A DNA stretch of 64,000 bases from Cetorhinus maximus (lineage: Eukaryota), in assembly GCF_964194155.1 (NCBI RefSeq), contig NC_135882.1:22692001-22756000 (forward strand), in the 5' to 3' direction. The notes beneath the pieces were generated by a model. The model was not told the DNA's origin and searched no databases. It saw only the letters and a program-made list of their open reading frames with translations. The translations under genes and the position numbers were made by a program. This document shows, piece after piece, positions 52,082 through 64,000 of this stretch. The first letter of the stretch is position 1, and every line of letters begins with the position of its first letter.

Positions 52082-53054
52082 GGGCTGGATTTTTATCCCA
52101 GAGGTGGGTACCGGGAATCAGGAGATTTCCTGGCTCGGTGCGCCAGCCTCTGGAGAAAGGGCCTGCAAAGGTGGGATTTTTGTTCTGGTGGGGTTTGGTG
52201 GGGGCACGCGGGGTGGAGTCACGAGTAATGACTAAAATCAGGCTCACCGCCCCAGAAAGATTTCGTAAGGTGCTGAGGTGGGCAGGTTAAAAGGCCTGCC
52301 TTGGTGCTCTGGGACTTCATCCCAGTTGCAATAAAATCAGTAAAACAAAAACCTCTAGCCCTCACCCTCCTCTCACTCCCCATGCCTTATCCATGCAAAC
52401 TAAAGCCACTTCATGCCCCTCACATCCCATCATATCCTTCTTGCCAACCTATGACCCTCCACCCACCCTGCATGGCCCCTCATACCCTTCATGCCAGGCT
52501 ATGGCACTTCCATGCCTATTCAGCCAATGTACAGAACAAATAAACACATTAGCTTGATTGGAAAAGCTTTAAAAGAGGAGGTCATGCATTCATAACATTC
52601 TACTTTCTTTAAAAAAAAACCTGCTCTTACTACAGACCGATAAGATTGTCAATCGTTCAGACCTTTAAAGTCTCAATAGCAGAAACCACGAGCAGGTGAC
52701 ATCTCTTTATCTTGTGTAAATAAACATTGTGCAATTGACAGAATATATCACGGAGAAAGAACAATCAATCAAGCAATGTTTTCCCTTGGATGCAGCTGTT
52801 TCAACAGACTAATGGATGTCTGGGCTCTCAGCCAAGCCTCATTATGTATTTTTGGCAGAGAGATGTTTAACCAGGCTGCCTCAGCACTCAGCAGCCCCTT
52901 TGACTACCACTGAATTTTTTGCATGGGCAGCGGGCTTGACTCTAGTTAGCACATGCCCCCCAGAACGAGAAATCCCATCTTTCCCAAGGCAGGAGCGGCA
53001 AGCCGGGAAATTTCCCAACTCCCGCTATCCATCTTGAGAATGAAAATCCAGCAC
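52082..53054. mobile_element. Non-autonomous Harbinger-type element, ~970 bp
   Basis: TIRs GGGCTGGATTTT / AAAATCCAGCAC; internal CATGCC-rich degenerate repeat related to 56990-57250. Confidence 0.75.
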
Positions 53055-54706
53055 ATTGTCACTGAACTAGTAATCCAGAGGCCCAGGCTAGAGCCGTATA
53101 AAAGTTGCAGCACAGAAAGACGCCATTCAGCCCATAGTGTCTGCGTCGACCGAAAAATAAAAAATAAAAAAGAACTGGCTGCTCATTTTAATCCCACCTT
53201 CCAGCACCTGGTCTGTAGCCTTTCAGGTTACAGCACTTTAGATGCAGATCCAGGAGCCTTTTGAATGAGTTGAGGGTTTCTGCCTCCACCACCAAACCAG
53301 GCAGTGAATTCCAAACACCCAGCGTCCTCTGGGTGAAGACGTTTTTCCTCATGTCCCCTTTAAGCCTTCTACCAATCACCTTAAATCTGTGCCCCCTGGT
53401 AATTGACCTCTCTGCTAGAGGAAACAGGGCATCCCTGTACACTCTATCTAGGCCCCTCATAATCTTGTACACCTCAATCATGTCGCCCTTCAGCCTCCTC
53501 TGTTCTAAAGAAAACAACCCCAGTCTATCTAATCTTACCTCACAGGTGAAATTTTCAAGCTCTGGGAACATTCTTGTAAATCTCCCCTGTACACTCTCCA
53601 GAGCAATTATGTCCTCCTTGTATTGTAGCGACCAGACTGCACACAAAGTTCCAACTGTGGCCTGACCAGCGTTTTATACAGTTCCATCATTATATTCCTG
53701 TTTTTTATATTCTATAACTCATCCAATAAAGGAAAACATTCCATATGCTTTCTTTAACACCTTATCCACCTGTCCTGCCATCTTCCAGGACCTGTGTGGA
53801 CATCCACATCAAGGTCTCTCACTTCCTCTGCCCCTTCTAATATCCTTCCATTTTTTGTGTATTCCTTTGCTTTGTTTGCCCTCCCCAAATGCATTACCTC
53901 GCACTTCTCTAGATTGAATTCCACCTGTTGCTTTTCTGTCCACTCAAGCAAACCATTGATGTAATTCTGGAGACAACAGCTATCCTTTTCACTATTGACT
54001 ACACAACCAATTTTTGCGTCATCTGCAAATTTCCCAATCATGCCACCCACATTTAAGTCTAAATCATTAATATACACTACAGACAGCAAGGGTCCCAACA
54101 CTGAGCCCTGTGGAACGCCATTGGAAACCGTTTTCCATTCACATAGACAACCATTGACCATTAACCTTTGTTTTCAACCACTGAGCCAATTTTGAATCCA
54201 AATCGCCACATTCCCCTGTATCTCATGGGCTTTTAATTTCCTGACCAGTCTGCTATGTGGGACCTTGTCAAGTGCCTTACTGAAGTCCATGTTCACAACA
54301 TCCACTGCACTATCCTCATCAATTCTCCTTGTTACTTCCTCAAAAGATTTGATTAAATTAGTAAGGCACGACATGGATCCAAATACAATGGCAGCTGGTG
54401 GAATTTAAATTCAATTAATAAGAAAATCTGTAATATAAAGCCAGTCTCAGTAATGGTGACCATGAAGCTATCATCAATTGTTGTAAAAACCCATCTGGTT
54501 CACTAATGCCCTTTAGGGAAGGAAATCGGCCATCCTTACCTGGGCTGGCCTACATGTGACTCCAAGCCCACAGCAATGTGGTTGATCCTTAACTGCCCTC
54601 TGAAATGGTCTAACAAGCCACTCAGTTCAAGGGCAATTAGGGAGCTCAACAAATGCTGGCCTTACCAGTGACGCCTACATCCAATTAAAGAATATTTTAA
54701 AAAAAG
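53055..54706 (+). mobile_element. tRNA-SINE split by CR1 (53055-53090 and 54371-54706)
   Basis: ACTAGTAATCCAGAGGCCCAGGCTA and ACATGGATCCAAAT..ATGGCAGCTGGTGG are adjacent parts of the SINE seen intact at 37658. Confidence 0.85.
53092..54371 (-). mobile_element. CR1 fragment ~1.3 kb (RT core to 3' end)
   Basis: ORFs 54174-54374, 53754-54161 (GVPQGSVLGP, KFADD) and 53188-53646. Confidence 0.95.
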
Positions 54707-56022
54707 ATTCCTGTATCAATTGCACAAGAATTGGGCTCATGGTCAAGAAAGGCACAGCCAAGTTTTGATTTAGTGATATCTGTGTATTTCACACTGTATT
54801 TCTCAGAAACATGGTTTGCACTGATGCAAATACAAGGGGGTAATTTCAAAATCACTGCCTGGTTGGTAACCTGACCGACAAATTCTCTCACCTGTGGTGG
54901 GAACCATCCGATTTTCATCTGATTGATATTAATGGCATCAAAATCATATGGATTCTACAATGGGCAGGTCATCTTCTCTGCATCCAATTCGTGGAAGTTT
55001 ATTATCATAGTTATCCATCATACCAGTTGCAGATTTAGATACGTACTGAGATGGAAATAGTAACCTGTAGACTGATGAGCCTTTAGTCATGTAGTAGGGA
55101 TTGAAAGGCCAATATATTTGTCCTAATTTCTCTGAGTCAGTGAGCTCCACAAAGCCTTGCCTACGGTTGCTAACTCTGGTTGGACGAAAGCCCTTTCTGA
55201 ATCTTCTCCAATATTTTCACAACTAATTAACAGAAATGAATGATAAAACATGTTTTTTAATGCCGCCTATAATTTTTTTTTCTGGGTCACTTCCATCAGT
55301 GTCCTGGACACCCCAAGGCACTCAGAGAGGGTTGGTTACGCTTGTTGAGCCTCTAAAGCATAAGAGAAATGGTCGCACAGATGAGGCTAAAGAATGGAGT
55401 AGAACAGTTGATGTTAGCCAGTATTCATGCACAATTGTGAGTAAACTTTCCAGAATGTGCTCACTAACATGGCACGTATTACTAAAGGTCGGGGAAAAAA
55501 ATGAGTCACTTTTCTTTCCCTGGTGTTCTTATTTTTTTTAACTGTTTCTTTAGAAACAAGGTAACTGATAAATTAGCAGACGGGAATTATTACTGGTTTC
55601 TGTTAAAGGAACGTAGGTAATGTACGTACCAGAACGCATCATCAATGTTGAAGATGTAAATGAGATATATTTAGAAGTGTTGTTCAAATGATAGGAAGTT
55701 TGGGTTTAAGAATGAGATCACAGGGGTGATTTTGATCCCCAAGTGCTCACAGAGAGCCCCTTCCCATCTGCCTGTAGTTTCACAAGGTCCACCTCTTGCC
55801 ACTGGGAACATGAGTTTGCAGAATCCTTCTTCAAATGTTGAACTATACTGCACGTAACAATGAAGTGGAAACAGATAGAGAACTGTACGACTAATTGAGG
55901 GCTGAGAATTGAACAGAAAGCCACATAGAGAGAAAATAAAGTCCCAATTTATATTTGTTTTTGTGAGGGAAAGAGAAAATTCCTTCAGGAAGGTGAGGGA
56001 GTTTAAATTTCAAAAAGCCTTT

Positions 56023-56046
56023 TATATATATATATATATATATATA
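56023..56046. repeat. (TA)n microsatellite
   Basis: Direct reading. Confidence 0.95.
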
Positions 56047-56132
56047 GTTAGATCAAACACCATAGGCAGTTTCTCATGTATGAATCAATAAGTAGGCTGT
56101 TAAACTATCATGCATTGAAATAATATAGTTTG

Positions 56133-56630
56133 CATAAGATTACATAGGATGTATGGGTCGGAAACAGGCCATTCAGCCCAACCAGTGTTTATGCTTCATT
56201 CGAGCCTCTTCCTATCTTTCCTCATCTAAATCTGTTATTGTAACCATCTATTTTATTCTCCCACACACTTATCTAGCTTTCCCTTAAATGTGTCTATACT
56301 ATTCACTTCAACCACTCCCTGTGGTAGTGAGTTCCACATTCTCACCAGTGTTTGGTTAAAAAAAATTCTTGTCAAATTCCCTATTGGATTTCTTGGTGAC
56401 TATCTTGTGTTGATGGCCTCTAGTCATGCTCTTCCCTATAAGAGGAAACATTCTACCTGTATGCACACCCTCCATAATTTTAAAATCCTCTATTAGGTCA
56501 CCCCTCAGTCGTCCCTTTTGAAGAGAAAAGAGATCTAGTGTGTCAATTCCTTTTCTCATTTGTATATGTGCGCATTTTTTGTATCATCTTTGTGAATCTT
56601 CTCGGCATCGTCTCCAGTGCCTTTTTTAAT
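56133..56630 (-). mobile_element. Old CR1 3' fragment
   Basis: RLRGDLIEDFKIM..TRGHQHK; ALETMPRRFTKMI. Confidence 0.85.
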
Positions 56631-56634
56631 ATGT

Positions 56635-56732
56635 AAGAAGGGTAATACGGACTTGAAACGTTAACTCTGTTTCTCTCTCCACAGATGCTGCTGGACCTGC
56701 TGAGCTTTTCCAGCATTTCTGTTTTTGTTTCA
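56635..56732 (+). mobile_element. Penelope-type terminal repeat fragment
   Basis: GGACTTGAAACGTTAACTCTGTTTCTCTCTCCACAGATGCTG matches 43870-43949. Confidence 0.85.
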
Positions 56733-56799
56733 GGCTCTCTGATCTCTGCTGTCAATTTCACAATATTTGTTAACACAAAGTTAAGTGGTTTCGAGGGTT

Positions 56800-57587
56800 T
56801 GTGGTTTTGCTATTGATACTTTAAAGGGTTTAGATGATTGACACTTTTATTAGCTTGTCGTGAAATGACTTTTCCAACATAGGAGAAAGTTATGAATTTA
56901 TTACTTCAAGCTGTTTTCACACATCTTACTGTCACTAAAGGGTTCATTGGTTCTAGACAGTGTATAGTGCAAGTGCCGCCTATGGGAGTGCCAAAGCTTG
57001 ACATGGGGGCCATAGGTGATGGTTGGAAAGCCAGAGCTTGGCATAGGAAGCATGAGGGGCCATAGGGGGTGGGTGGAAGGGCAGAGCTTGGCATATGAGG
57101 CATGAGGGTACATAAAGGGTGGATGAAAGGGCAGAGCTTGGCATATGAGGCATGAGGGGCCATAAAGGGTGGGTGGAAGGACAGAGCTTAGCATATGAGG
57201 CATGAGGGGCCATAAAGGGTGGATGGAAGGGCAGAGCTTGGCATAGAGGCCGAGGGGAGGACCTTTTTGAATTTATCTTTTAAAAGGTCCCCTCATGCAG
57301 AGTATGGTTCACGACTCCTCTGAGAGGCTGCGAACCACGACTCTTTAAAAACCTGACCCGACTCCATGAAAATTGTGGAGGAGTGGAACATGCCTATCTC
57401 CGCAATGGAGATGGCCAGATTGGGAGCGCCTGATGCGGGCTTTTGACAGGAACCATCCCGCACACTTTAAAGGCAATCCTGAAAATCAGACATTCCAGGG
57501 ATGGGGTCGGGAAGCTTGGAATCAGGACTAGCCTGCCATTTTTAAAGGGCTCCCAAGTCATCCTGACTCAGTGAAAATCCAGGCCAT
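56800..57587. mobile_element. Non-autonomous Harbinger-type fragment
   Basis: Right TIR GAAAATCCAGGCC; internal similarity in opposite orientation to 52082-52700. Confidence 0.65.
56990..57249. repeat. 50-bp minisatellite, ~5 copies
   Basis: CAGAGCTTGGCATATGAGGCATGAGGGGCCATAAAGGGTGGGTGGAAGG recurs at 57032, 57082, 57132, 57182, 57232. Confidence 0.95.
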
Positions 57588-59528
57588 TGTCACTATCATG
57601 CTGTGCGACGAATCAGCCCCTTCTTAACTGAGGAGTCTGTAAGTACAATTCCATTTTGTACTCAATTAATTACATTAACTAACGCAACAATTAATCATGC
57701 TGAATCTATTCATTAAGAATAGGTCAGTGTTAGAACAGTGTGGCTCTGACTCATTTTAAACCTTTAATCCACTAAGGGGCTTGATATTTCCCCGTGTTAC
57801 TCTGCATAACAAAGTCTCTCTGTATAGATTACCCTCAGTGATTTGATTCATGACCCTTCACAGGGGCCATCATGGTTTATAGCTCCCTTGCTTTACATAT
57901 TGTTCACCTCATAGAGCTGCTCTCTGTTGGGCACCAAATAGCATTGTCATTTCCAATCTATGGAGTCTTATAGAAACCTCTTCACATAGAGCAGGGAAAA
58001 TTTGACAAAGAAAATTTGCTATGAACGGAATTGCCAATTCTGATCCAAATTATACCTGCTTTGAAAAGACTTTTCTCCCCCCTCGACTTTCTGCTCAAAC
58101 TCATTTGCATAAAACCAAATGTAAAATATATCATGGACCAGGACAACTGGCAGCTTCTTAAGCCAAACAAAAATGTTTTAAAAAGACTTCCTTCAGGAAT
58201 GTCGGGGGGGGTTGAGGTTACATTCAGATCAGCCATGCTCTTATTGAATGGCGGAGCAGGTTCGCTGGGCGGAGTGGTCGACTCCTGCTCCTAATTTGTA
58301 TGTTCGTATGGGTAACCTGATCTTAAATTACTGAAATCCACATTTTGAAACATGCATAAAATGTTTTTCTAGTTATATTGGGGGATATTAGTCAGTTGCT
58401 CAGTAAATTCAAAGCAAAAATCACACTTAAAGGTTGAAAGCTTATCTTTTAGCACCCTTGCACTGAAAAGAACCAGCTCCAATTTTACAGCCTCCTCAAT
58501 GGGGTGCAAATGATTGCAATGATTAGCACAATAATTCCCCCTGGAGCCTTGGCCAATGTTGTGTACTCCAATAATAAGGCCACCTGGCAACTGTATCAAC
58601 ATATGTAGCTGGAACAGATGTTCAGGCATTTGGTTTTTTTGCAGATGGCCTCATTATGAATGCTTGACTGGTTTCTGAGAATGTCTAATGGACTCAGATC
58701 AGCAGGGTACTGTTTACACCCCTTGAAGTGCTAGTTTTGTATGATTGATAGCTTTATGAGGCTGTAACAAGTTCTTCATTCTTTGATTTTTTTTTTTATG
58801 AACGCCAGTTGGTTTATTTGGACAAGATCAAGATCTGTCAAGAGGATATGGAGAGGCATGGAAGGAGCATTGCGGATATGGGGAATAGGAGGGGGCATGG
58901 GCGTGGGTAGGGGATGATGGCTAGGAGGCCTAACAACCACATACAGGACTGGGGCAATGTCCCAGAAACTGAGGTAGGCCTTCTAACCTGCTGATCTCAC
59001 CTCTGTTGCTTCCTCGGGCCTGGTTTGGAGGGTGGCAAGCCTGACTCCAGCCTGCACCCAACTCCAGGGGGCCAAAACCTTGTGGGAGTTCCCTGACTTT
59101 CATAAGTCAGGAATGCAATGTTAGGAAATGGGCCAACTTGTAGTTTCAGACTCTTAAGGAGAAAATCCGGCCCACGATACTTAAGAAAAGGTGCTCCCTT
59201 TTGCCCAAACATTCCAGTTATGCAAGCACAGTTAAATGTCCATGCTTTATGATATTGCCTTAGAGCCTTTTCCAAATCTCAGCTATTATGTCAGGGAAGT
59301 TGTTAAGCAGAAGCTGCATCTGAAACTGTGGGACAGCAGCATAGAACAGTGCCGTGTTACCAGAGGTCTAAGGGCATCCCTCTTGTCTGTAATCTTAGTG
59401 GTCAGTGATTGGGGAATGCAAAGAGGAGATAAATGAAAACAGAGTTTAATAATGTAGTTAGTCCTGTCCCATTGGTGCCCCTAAACCAATATGAATCACC
59501 CAATAGCATGTTTAACTTTATATATAGT

Positions 59529-59697
59529 ATCACACAGAATCACAGAATTACAGTGCAGAAGAGGCCTTTCGACCCATCAAGTCTGCACCGACACGTGAGA
59601 AACACCTGACCTACCTACCTAATCCCATTTACCAGCACTTGGCCCATAGCCTTGAATGTTATGACATGCCAAGTGCTCATCCAGGTACTTTTTAAAG
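59529..59697 (-). mobile_element. CR1 3'UTR fragment
   Basis: CACAGAATCACAGAAT tail; CCAGCACTTGGCCCATAGCCTTGAATG. Confidence 0.8.
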
Positions 59698-59744
59698 TAG
59701 CAAGTTTAAATTGTTTACTGTGACTGTGCTTTACCCCTTCTCCT

Positions 59745-60720
59745 TCTTGAGTTCGCTGCAACCTTTAATGCACTCGATTGCCCTAGCTTTCAGTGCTTCT
59801 CCATTGTCAGCCTCAACTTGACTTATCCAATCATAGTCAGATCATCTCCAGTAATGGCACCATTACCTTTGGAGTTCCTGATAGATCCATCCGCAGCCCC
59901 CTTCACTTCCTCATCTACATGCTTTCCCTTGCCATTATCATGGGCCCAGCACTCTGTTTTGGGGGAAATATTCCAGAATGAAAAATCTTATTTCAAAATC
60001 TTTTAAATTTATAATTTCTAGCATATAGTAATGGAACTTCACCGTTACATTTTCCAGTCATTCCAAACTCCTGAGTCATAATCCATAAAGGGAGGAGCCA
60101 AGGCATTCATTTAGACTACCAACACTCGTTATGACCCCTGAGTTCATTATAAGATTGATTTTATGTAACAGGTGTATGCTAGATATATAACAAAAGGATA
60201 TAAAAGATACCTTAATCAGAATAAGTAAAGTTTATGATATACTCTCCTACCTCATTTTGTGTTATTCAGAGGGTGCTAATGTGTTAATGCAATCTTCCAT
60301 GGGTTTGAACCATGTGAGTTTCCCACAATAAAGCACATGCTTTTTCTTTGCAGCTTCCCTGCTGCAAGACATTGTTGGCACACGACCTTGTAAAATTTAT
60401 CCATGAGGATTTAAGCTGAGCGTAGTTACTATCATATAATATGGTTCCTCTTGTACATTCCTGGTTTCCATTGCACCACCTTTGGCTTCAGTCACCTCAG
60501 TCCAAAGCTCTGGAATTACCTCCCTAAATCTCTAAGCCTTTCCACTGCATTCCCCTCCTATAAGATGCTGCTTAAAACTACCTTTTTGCCCAAGTTTTTG
60601 GTCCTCTGTCCTAATATTTCCTTCTGTGGCTTGGTGTAAAATGTTGTAATTATGTTTGCAAACACTCCCTGGGATAATTTGCTACATTGAAGGTGCTATG
60701 TAGATGCAAATTGTTGTTAT
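59745..60720 (+). mobile_element. Old L2-like LINE pieces (~59745-59942 and ~60445-60720)
   Basis: GVPDRSIRSPLHFLIYML is a decayed GVPQGSILGPLLFLIYML; SPKLWNYLP; tail AAGGTGCTATGTAGATGCAAATTGTTGTT. Confidence 0.75.
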
Positions 60721-61004
60721 CATAGTTTACATTAAAGATTCTTGTATAAAATATGACATGCTTATAAGGGGCATATTATGACTTTGTACAACTGATGTGG
60801 AGTCTCCCCATTCAGCAGCACGCGTTTGTAAACTTGGCATATGCAGTGCATAAGTTCACAACCATTTAAAAACAACCATGCCATAGGCATAACCAGCAAT
60901 AAATGGATCCTGACCAAAGGAGGGGACACTGGGGCTAGGGGGCTGAGGGGGGTGGGGGAGGTGGTTGTTGTAGGGATGGTGGGGGACGGTGGGTAGGGGT
61001 GGCG

Positions 61005-61700
61005 GGTAACAAAAGCTTGGTCAAAGAGTTGAGCTTTAGGGATGGCCTGAAAGAGAAGGAGCAAGTTGGAGCTGCTGATGCAGAGTATTCCAGAGTATAT
61101 TTTTATTTTATATTTCCAGCATTCCGATCTTTCCTTATAGTCTATTCTGAATCATTCTCTCTACCTAGGGTAAAACATGAGTGGGAGGAAGTTACAGCAG
61201 TCCAGCTGTTATAGGAAGTCTTCTGTTCATGATTATATTGTGATACTGAGTTATCCTCACACTGCTGAGAAACCAAAATCAAGGAGACAGCCACCAATGG
61301 TGGGGCCAGAAGAGAGAGGCATACACAAAAGGTAAGAGTTAGAGAAGAAGAAAATTTGAGAGCGATGGTTGAAAGGCTGGTGGAGTTTACAGAGATAGGT
61401 GAAGACAAGACTGTGAGACGAGTTAAAAGTGAGGATGGGAATTTTAAATTTGAGCTGCTGGGAGGGAACTATAAGCTAATGTATGTCAGCTGGGTCAGGA
61501 TGGTATATGACTATGCAGAATAAGAATAGCAATGGATAAGGAAGGTAGATGATAGAAGGCTGGCCAGGAGGGCATTGGAACAGGTGAATCTAGAGGTGAC
61601 AAAGGTATGGAAGAGAATTTCAGTAGCAGATGGGCTAAAGTAGGAGGCAAAGGTTGGTATGGAGACAGAAGTAGGCAATCTTTGAACAGCATGCTGTGGC
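61005..61700 (-). mobile_element. Old L2-like LINE fragment interrupted at ~61080-61285
   Basis: FHTFVTSRFTCSNALLASL (L2 HAFVTSRLDYSNALLAGL-like); LFDQAF tail. Confidence 0.7.
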
Positions 61701-62034
61701 TTTATGCAAAGATTTTCGATATGCACTGCTGGCAGCTGAGGCCTGCATTAGAAGTTTTTGTAACCTGCAATGTATTCTTGAAGCACACCCCATTTTATCA
61801 CGTAAAGCATATATAAAGATATGAGGATAAAATGAGAATAAATATTTGTTTTCGCAGCAGTGTGAAGATACCTCAATATTACAATATAATCATGAACAGG
61901 AGATGTCCTATAACAACTTGACTGAATGCTATGGGCTGTAACTCCCTCCCACTCATGTTTTACTCTATGTAGACAGGATGATACGGAATAAACTAAAAGG
62001 AAAGATTGGAATGCTGGAAACATAAAATAAAAAT
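61099..62034. repeat. ~180-bp inverted repeat pair (61099-61280 / 61842-62034)
   Basis: Reverse-complement alignment by eye; ORF track shows FPAFRSFLIVYS..RVKHEWEEVTA versus FPAFQSFLLVYS..RVKHEWEGVTA. Confidence 0.9.
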
Positions 62035-62133
62035 GGGATAACACAAGGCACTCGTACATTCAAGGGGTCCAAATTTATGTGTTTCAGTGTTACTCCATCT
62101 GTGTTGCCTGAAAGGTCATTGGCCTGAAATGTT

Positions 62134-62945
62134 GGGTGGAATTTAATGCTCTCTTGGAGGTTGGCTGGTGAGGGGTGGCTATGGTATAATGAGGCGAGAA
62201 CATGCAGATATGAGACTGCGTCACCTTCCCAACTCTTTCCCCCCCTCCACCCCTTCAATTCTACCCCCAATTAAGTCCAGGGTGGGTAGGGTCGAGAATA
62301 GCCTTCCTGCTCAGAGGCCAACTGAGGCCCTTAATGCCCTTGAATACCAACGGGAGGCGGGGGCCATGCCATGTGGGCAAACCATCAGTTAAACCCTAGC
62401 AGGCATGCCTGTAGCCTAGTTGAAGGGGTGGGGGGAAGACTTGGGCGCCCATCTGCCCCTTTTCCAGAGCCCTATGCCAACATCAGCTGGTGGAAATATG
62501 GGGACCCATGCCCACAATCTCCGCCAGCCCCCTACACACACACAAACACCCCCTAACCTCCAACCCCCAACCTCCCACCTCACAACCTCTTCGCCGACGA
62601 TCCTGTCCTACTCACCTTCTTCCGGGGGCTCCAGCAACAATCCTCAGCCTTAGGCCTACTGCAGTACTGGCAGTGACCACTGCTCCCAGTGGCACTGCCA
62701 CTAACGGTGCTGAAGAGTTGCAGGTCTCTTATTGACAGGCAGCTTTCGGAGGCGGGTCATTCACCCCACACCAGAAATTATAGCGGGAAATTGCCTCCGG
62801 TGGAGGCAGTAACTCTGATGGCAGCCAACTGGCTGCCTAATTGTCATTTAATCCTGATGGGGCTCCCGGAAAAATCTGGGGTGGGGTTGCCACTGGTTCT
62901 CCAGCAGGAGGACAGGCCCACCACTGCAACCATTAAATTCTGCTC
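62134..62945. mobile_element. Harbinger-type MITE, 812 bp, inserted in a Penelope-type repeat
   Basis: TIRs GGGTGGAATTTAATG / CATTAAATTCTGCTC; 3-bp TSD GTT/ATT; host motif CTGAAA(C)GTTAAT/AACT rejoins across it. Confidence 0.85.
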
Positions 62946-63381
62946 ATTAACTGTGTTTCTCTCTCCAACGATGATGCCTGAACTAGTATTTCCAGAATTT
63001 TCTGTTATTCCAGATTTCCAGCGTCCTTAGTCTTTTGCTCTTCTATTACAAAATAGTAACTGACCATCTTAAGGTATTATCTAAATTTGTACTTCCCTTC
63101 CCCCACATTCCTAATGTTACCCTTTCACTTTGGCTTGTCAAATATAGTGACCTATATATTAATACAAGCTCATTCTGACTCCAGTGTTACTCTCTAAACC
63201 CGTACTGTATCATTGTACATGGTTGCACATACAATGCCTGCGAACTTTGATAGTATGTTGTGTCTCATCACTTCAAAATAGGCACCTCTTCCCAGATCAA
63301 AGCAATGGAAGGAACAGATTAAAAGGAAATTGTTTCCTGTATGAATCTACATACAACTTGCATTAACAGTGTGTGTTAGGG

Positions 63382-63768
63382 CAGTGCCTCCCAAACTTTT
63401 TTCCCACTGTGATCCCATTTTGAGGCTCGAAAATTGCCATGACCCCATAGTCAGGGAGGTGGGGGAGGGCTGTGGGTGGGGTGGGGTGGTGCAGGGGGAA
63501 GAGCTGTGCATGTTGGGGGTTGTTTAAACTATAGGGTTTTTAACTAGAAGTACCTACCTTTTCATTGGCTTTTTTTGGAGCAGGAATCAGGCCTCATTGA
63601 TCAGTCATTTAGGCTACGCCCACCATTAAAACACACGCAAGTATTTCAAATGGCCTTGCAGCTGTTAACACTCGGTTGGACTGTCAGGGCAGCCATTGCT
63701 GCCTCAGAGCCCAGATTTTCATCTTGTGACCCTGCTGGGGGTCACCACACACAATTTGGGAAGCCCTG
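63382..63768. mobile_element. hAT (Charlie-like) MITE, 387 bp
   Basis: TIRs CAGTGCCTCCCAAACT / AATTTGGGAAGCCCTG; 8-bp TSD TGTTAGGG / TATTATGG (6 of 8). Confidence 0.85.
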
Positions 63769-63970
63769 TATTATGGGTTGTTGCACTGTTTACAATTAGC
63801 AGACTTTGATGCATTGAAGTTAACCTGGTCAAGAATCTCACTTCGGAATACCTGATCATAGTTTTGGGTTGAGGTTTTTTCCCAGTTACTGTTCAAAAGC
63901 GACCATAGGATAACTTTGATTACCAGTTAGTTTTGAGGCCTATTCAGTAAAATAAGCAAAGCTCATTTGA

Positions 63971-64000
63971 GCTTAATTTCACCTCCTCTTTGATTTTCAG
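63971..64000 (+). promoter_or_regulatory. Candidate 3' splice site
   Basis: Branch-like CTTAAT, pyrimidine tract TTCACCTCCTCTTTGATTTT, then CAG as the last three bases. Confidence 0.55.

Noticed and set aside
54944-55150. 68-aa protein-like ORF
   Set aside because: Non-ATG start, no recognisable homology, and a stop before the candidate donor
56901-57213. Three overlapping repetitive ORFs, or a CRISPR-like array
   Set aside because: Produced by a 50-bp tandem repeat with no unique spacers and no cas genes

Overview
Vertebrate genomic DNA very rich in transposable elements. The repeat families look chondrichthyan (shark-like); this is from recall, not a database search. I find no convincing host protein-coding gene, rRNA, functional tRNA or CRISPR array, and every recognisable ORF is transposon-derived. 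Contents: many CR1 LINE fragments, including a young 1.8 kb copy with a 385-aa RT ORF; two decayed Gypsy LTR retrotransposons; several solo LTRs; one large two-gene PIF/Harbinger transposon plus a fragment and MITEs; a hAT MITE; tRNA-derived and Deu-type SINEs; L2-like pieces; and Penelope-type terminal repeats with decayed hammerhead-like motifs. Elements are often nested. The most unusual structures are: (1) two inverted copies of a ~142-bp tRNA-headed element, each with its own 13-15 bp target-site duplication; (2) an integrase segment copied into the RT of the same Gypsy element; (3) several local inverted duplications; (4) clustered splice signals in unique DNA. The window ends exactly on a strong + strand 3' splice site, so it may be the end of a large intron. 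I cannot support a genuinely new biological system from sequence alone. Boundaries were read by eye and are approximate unless a TSD or TIR is quoted; identities are by-eye estimates.
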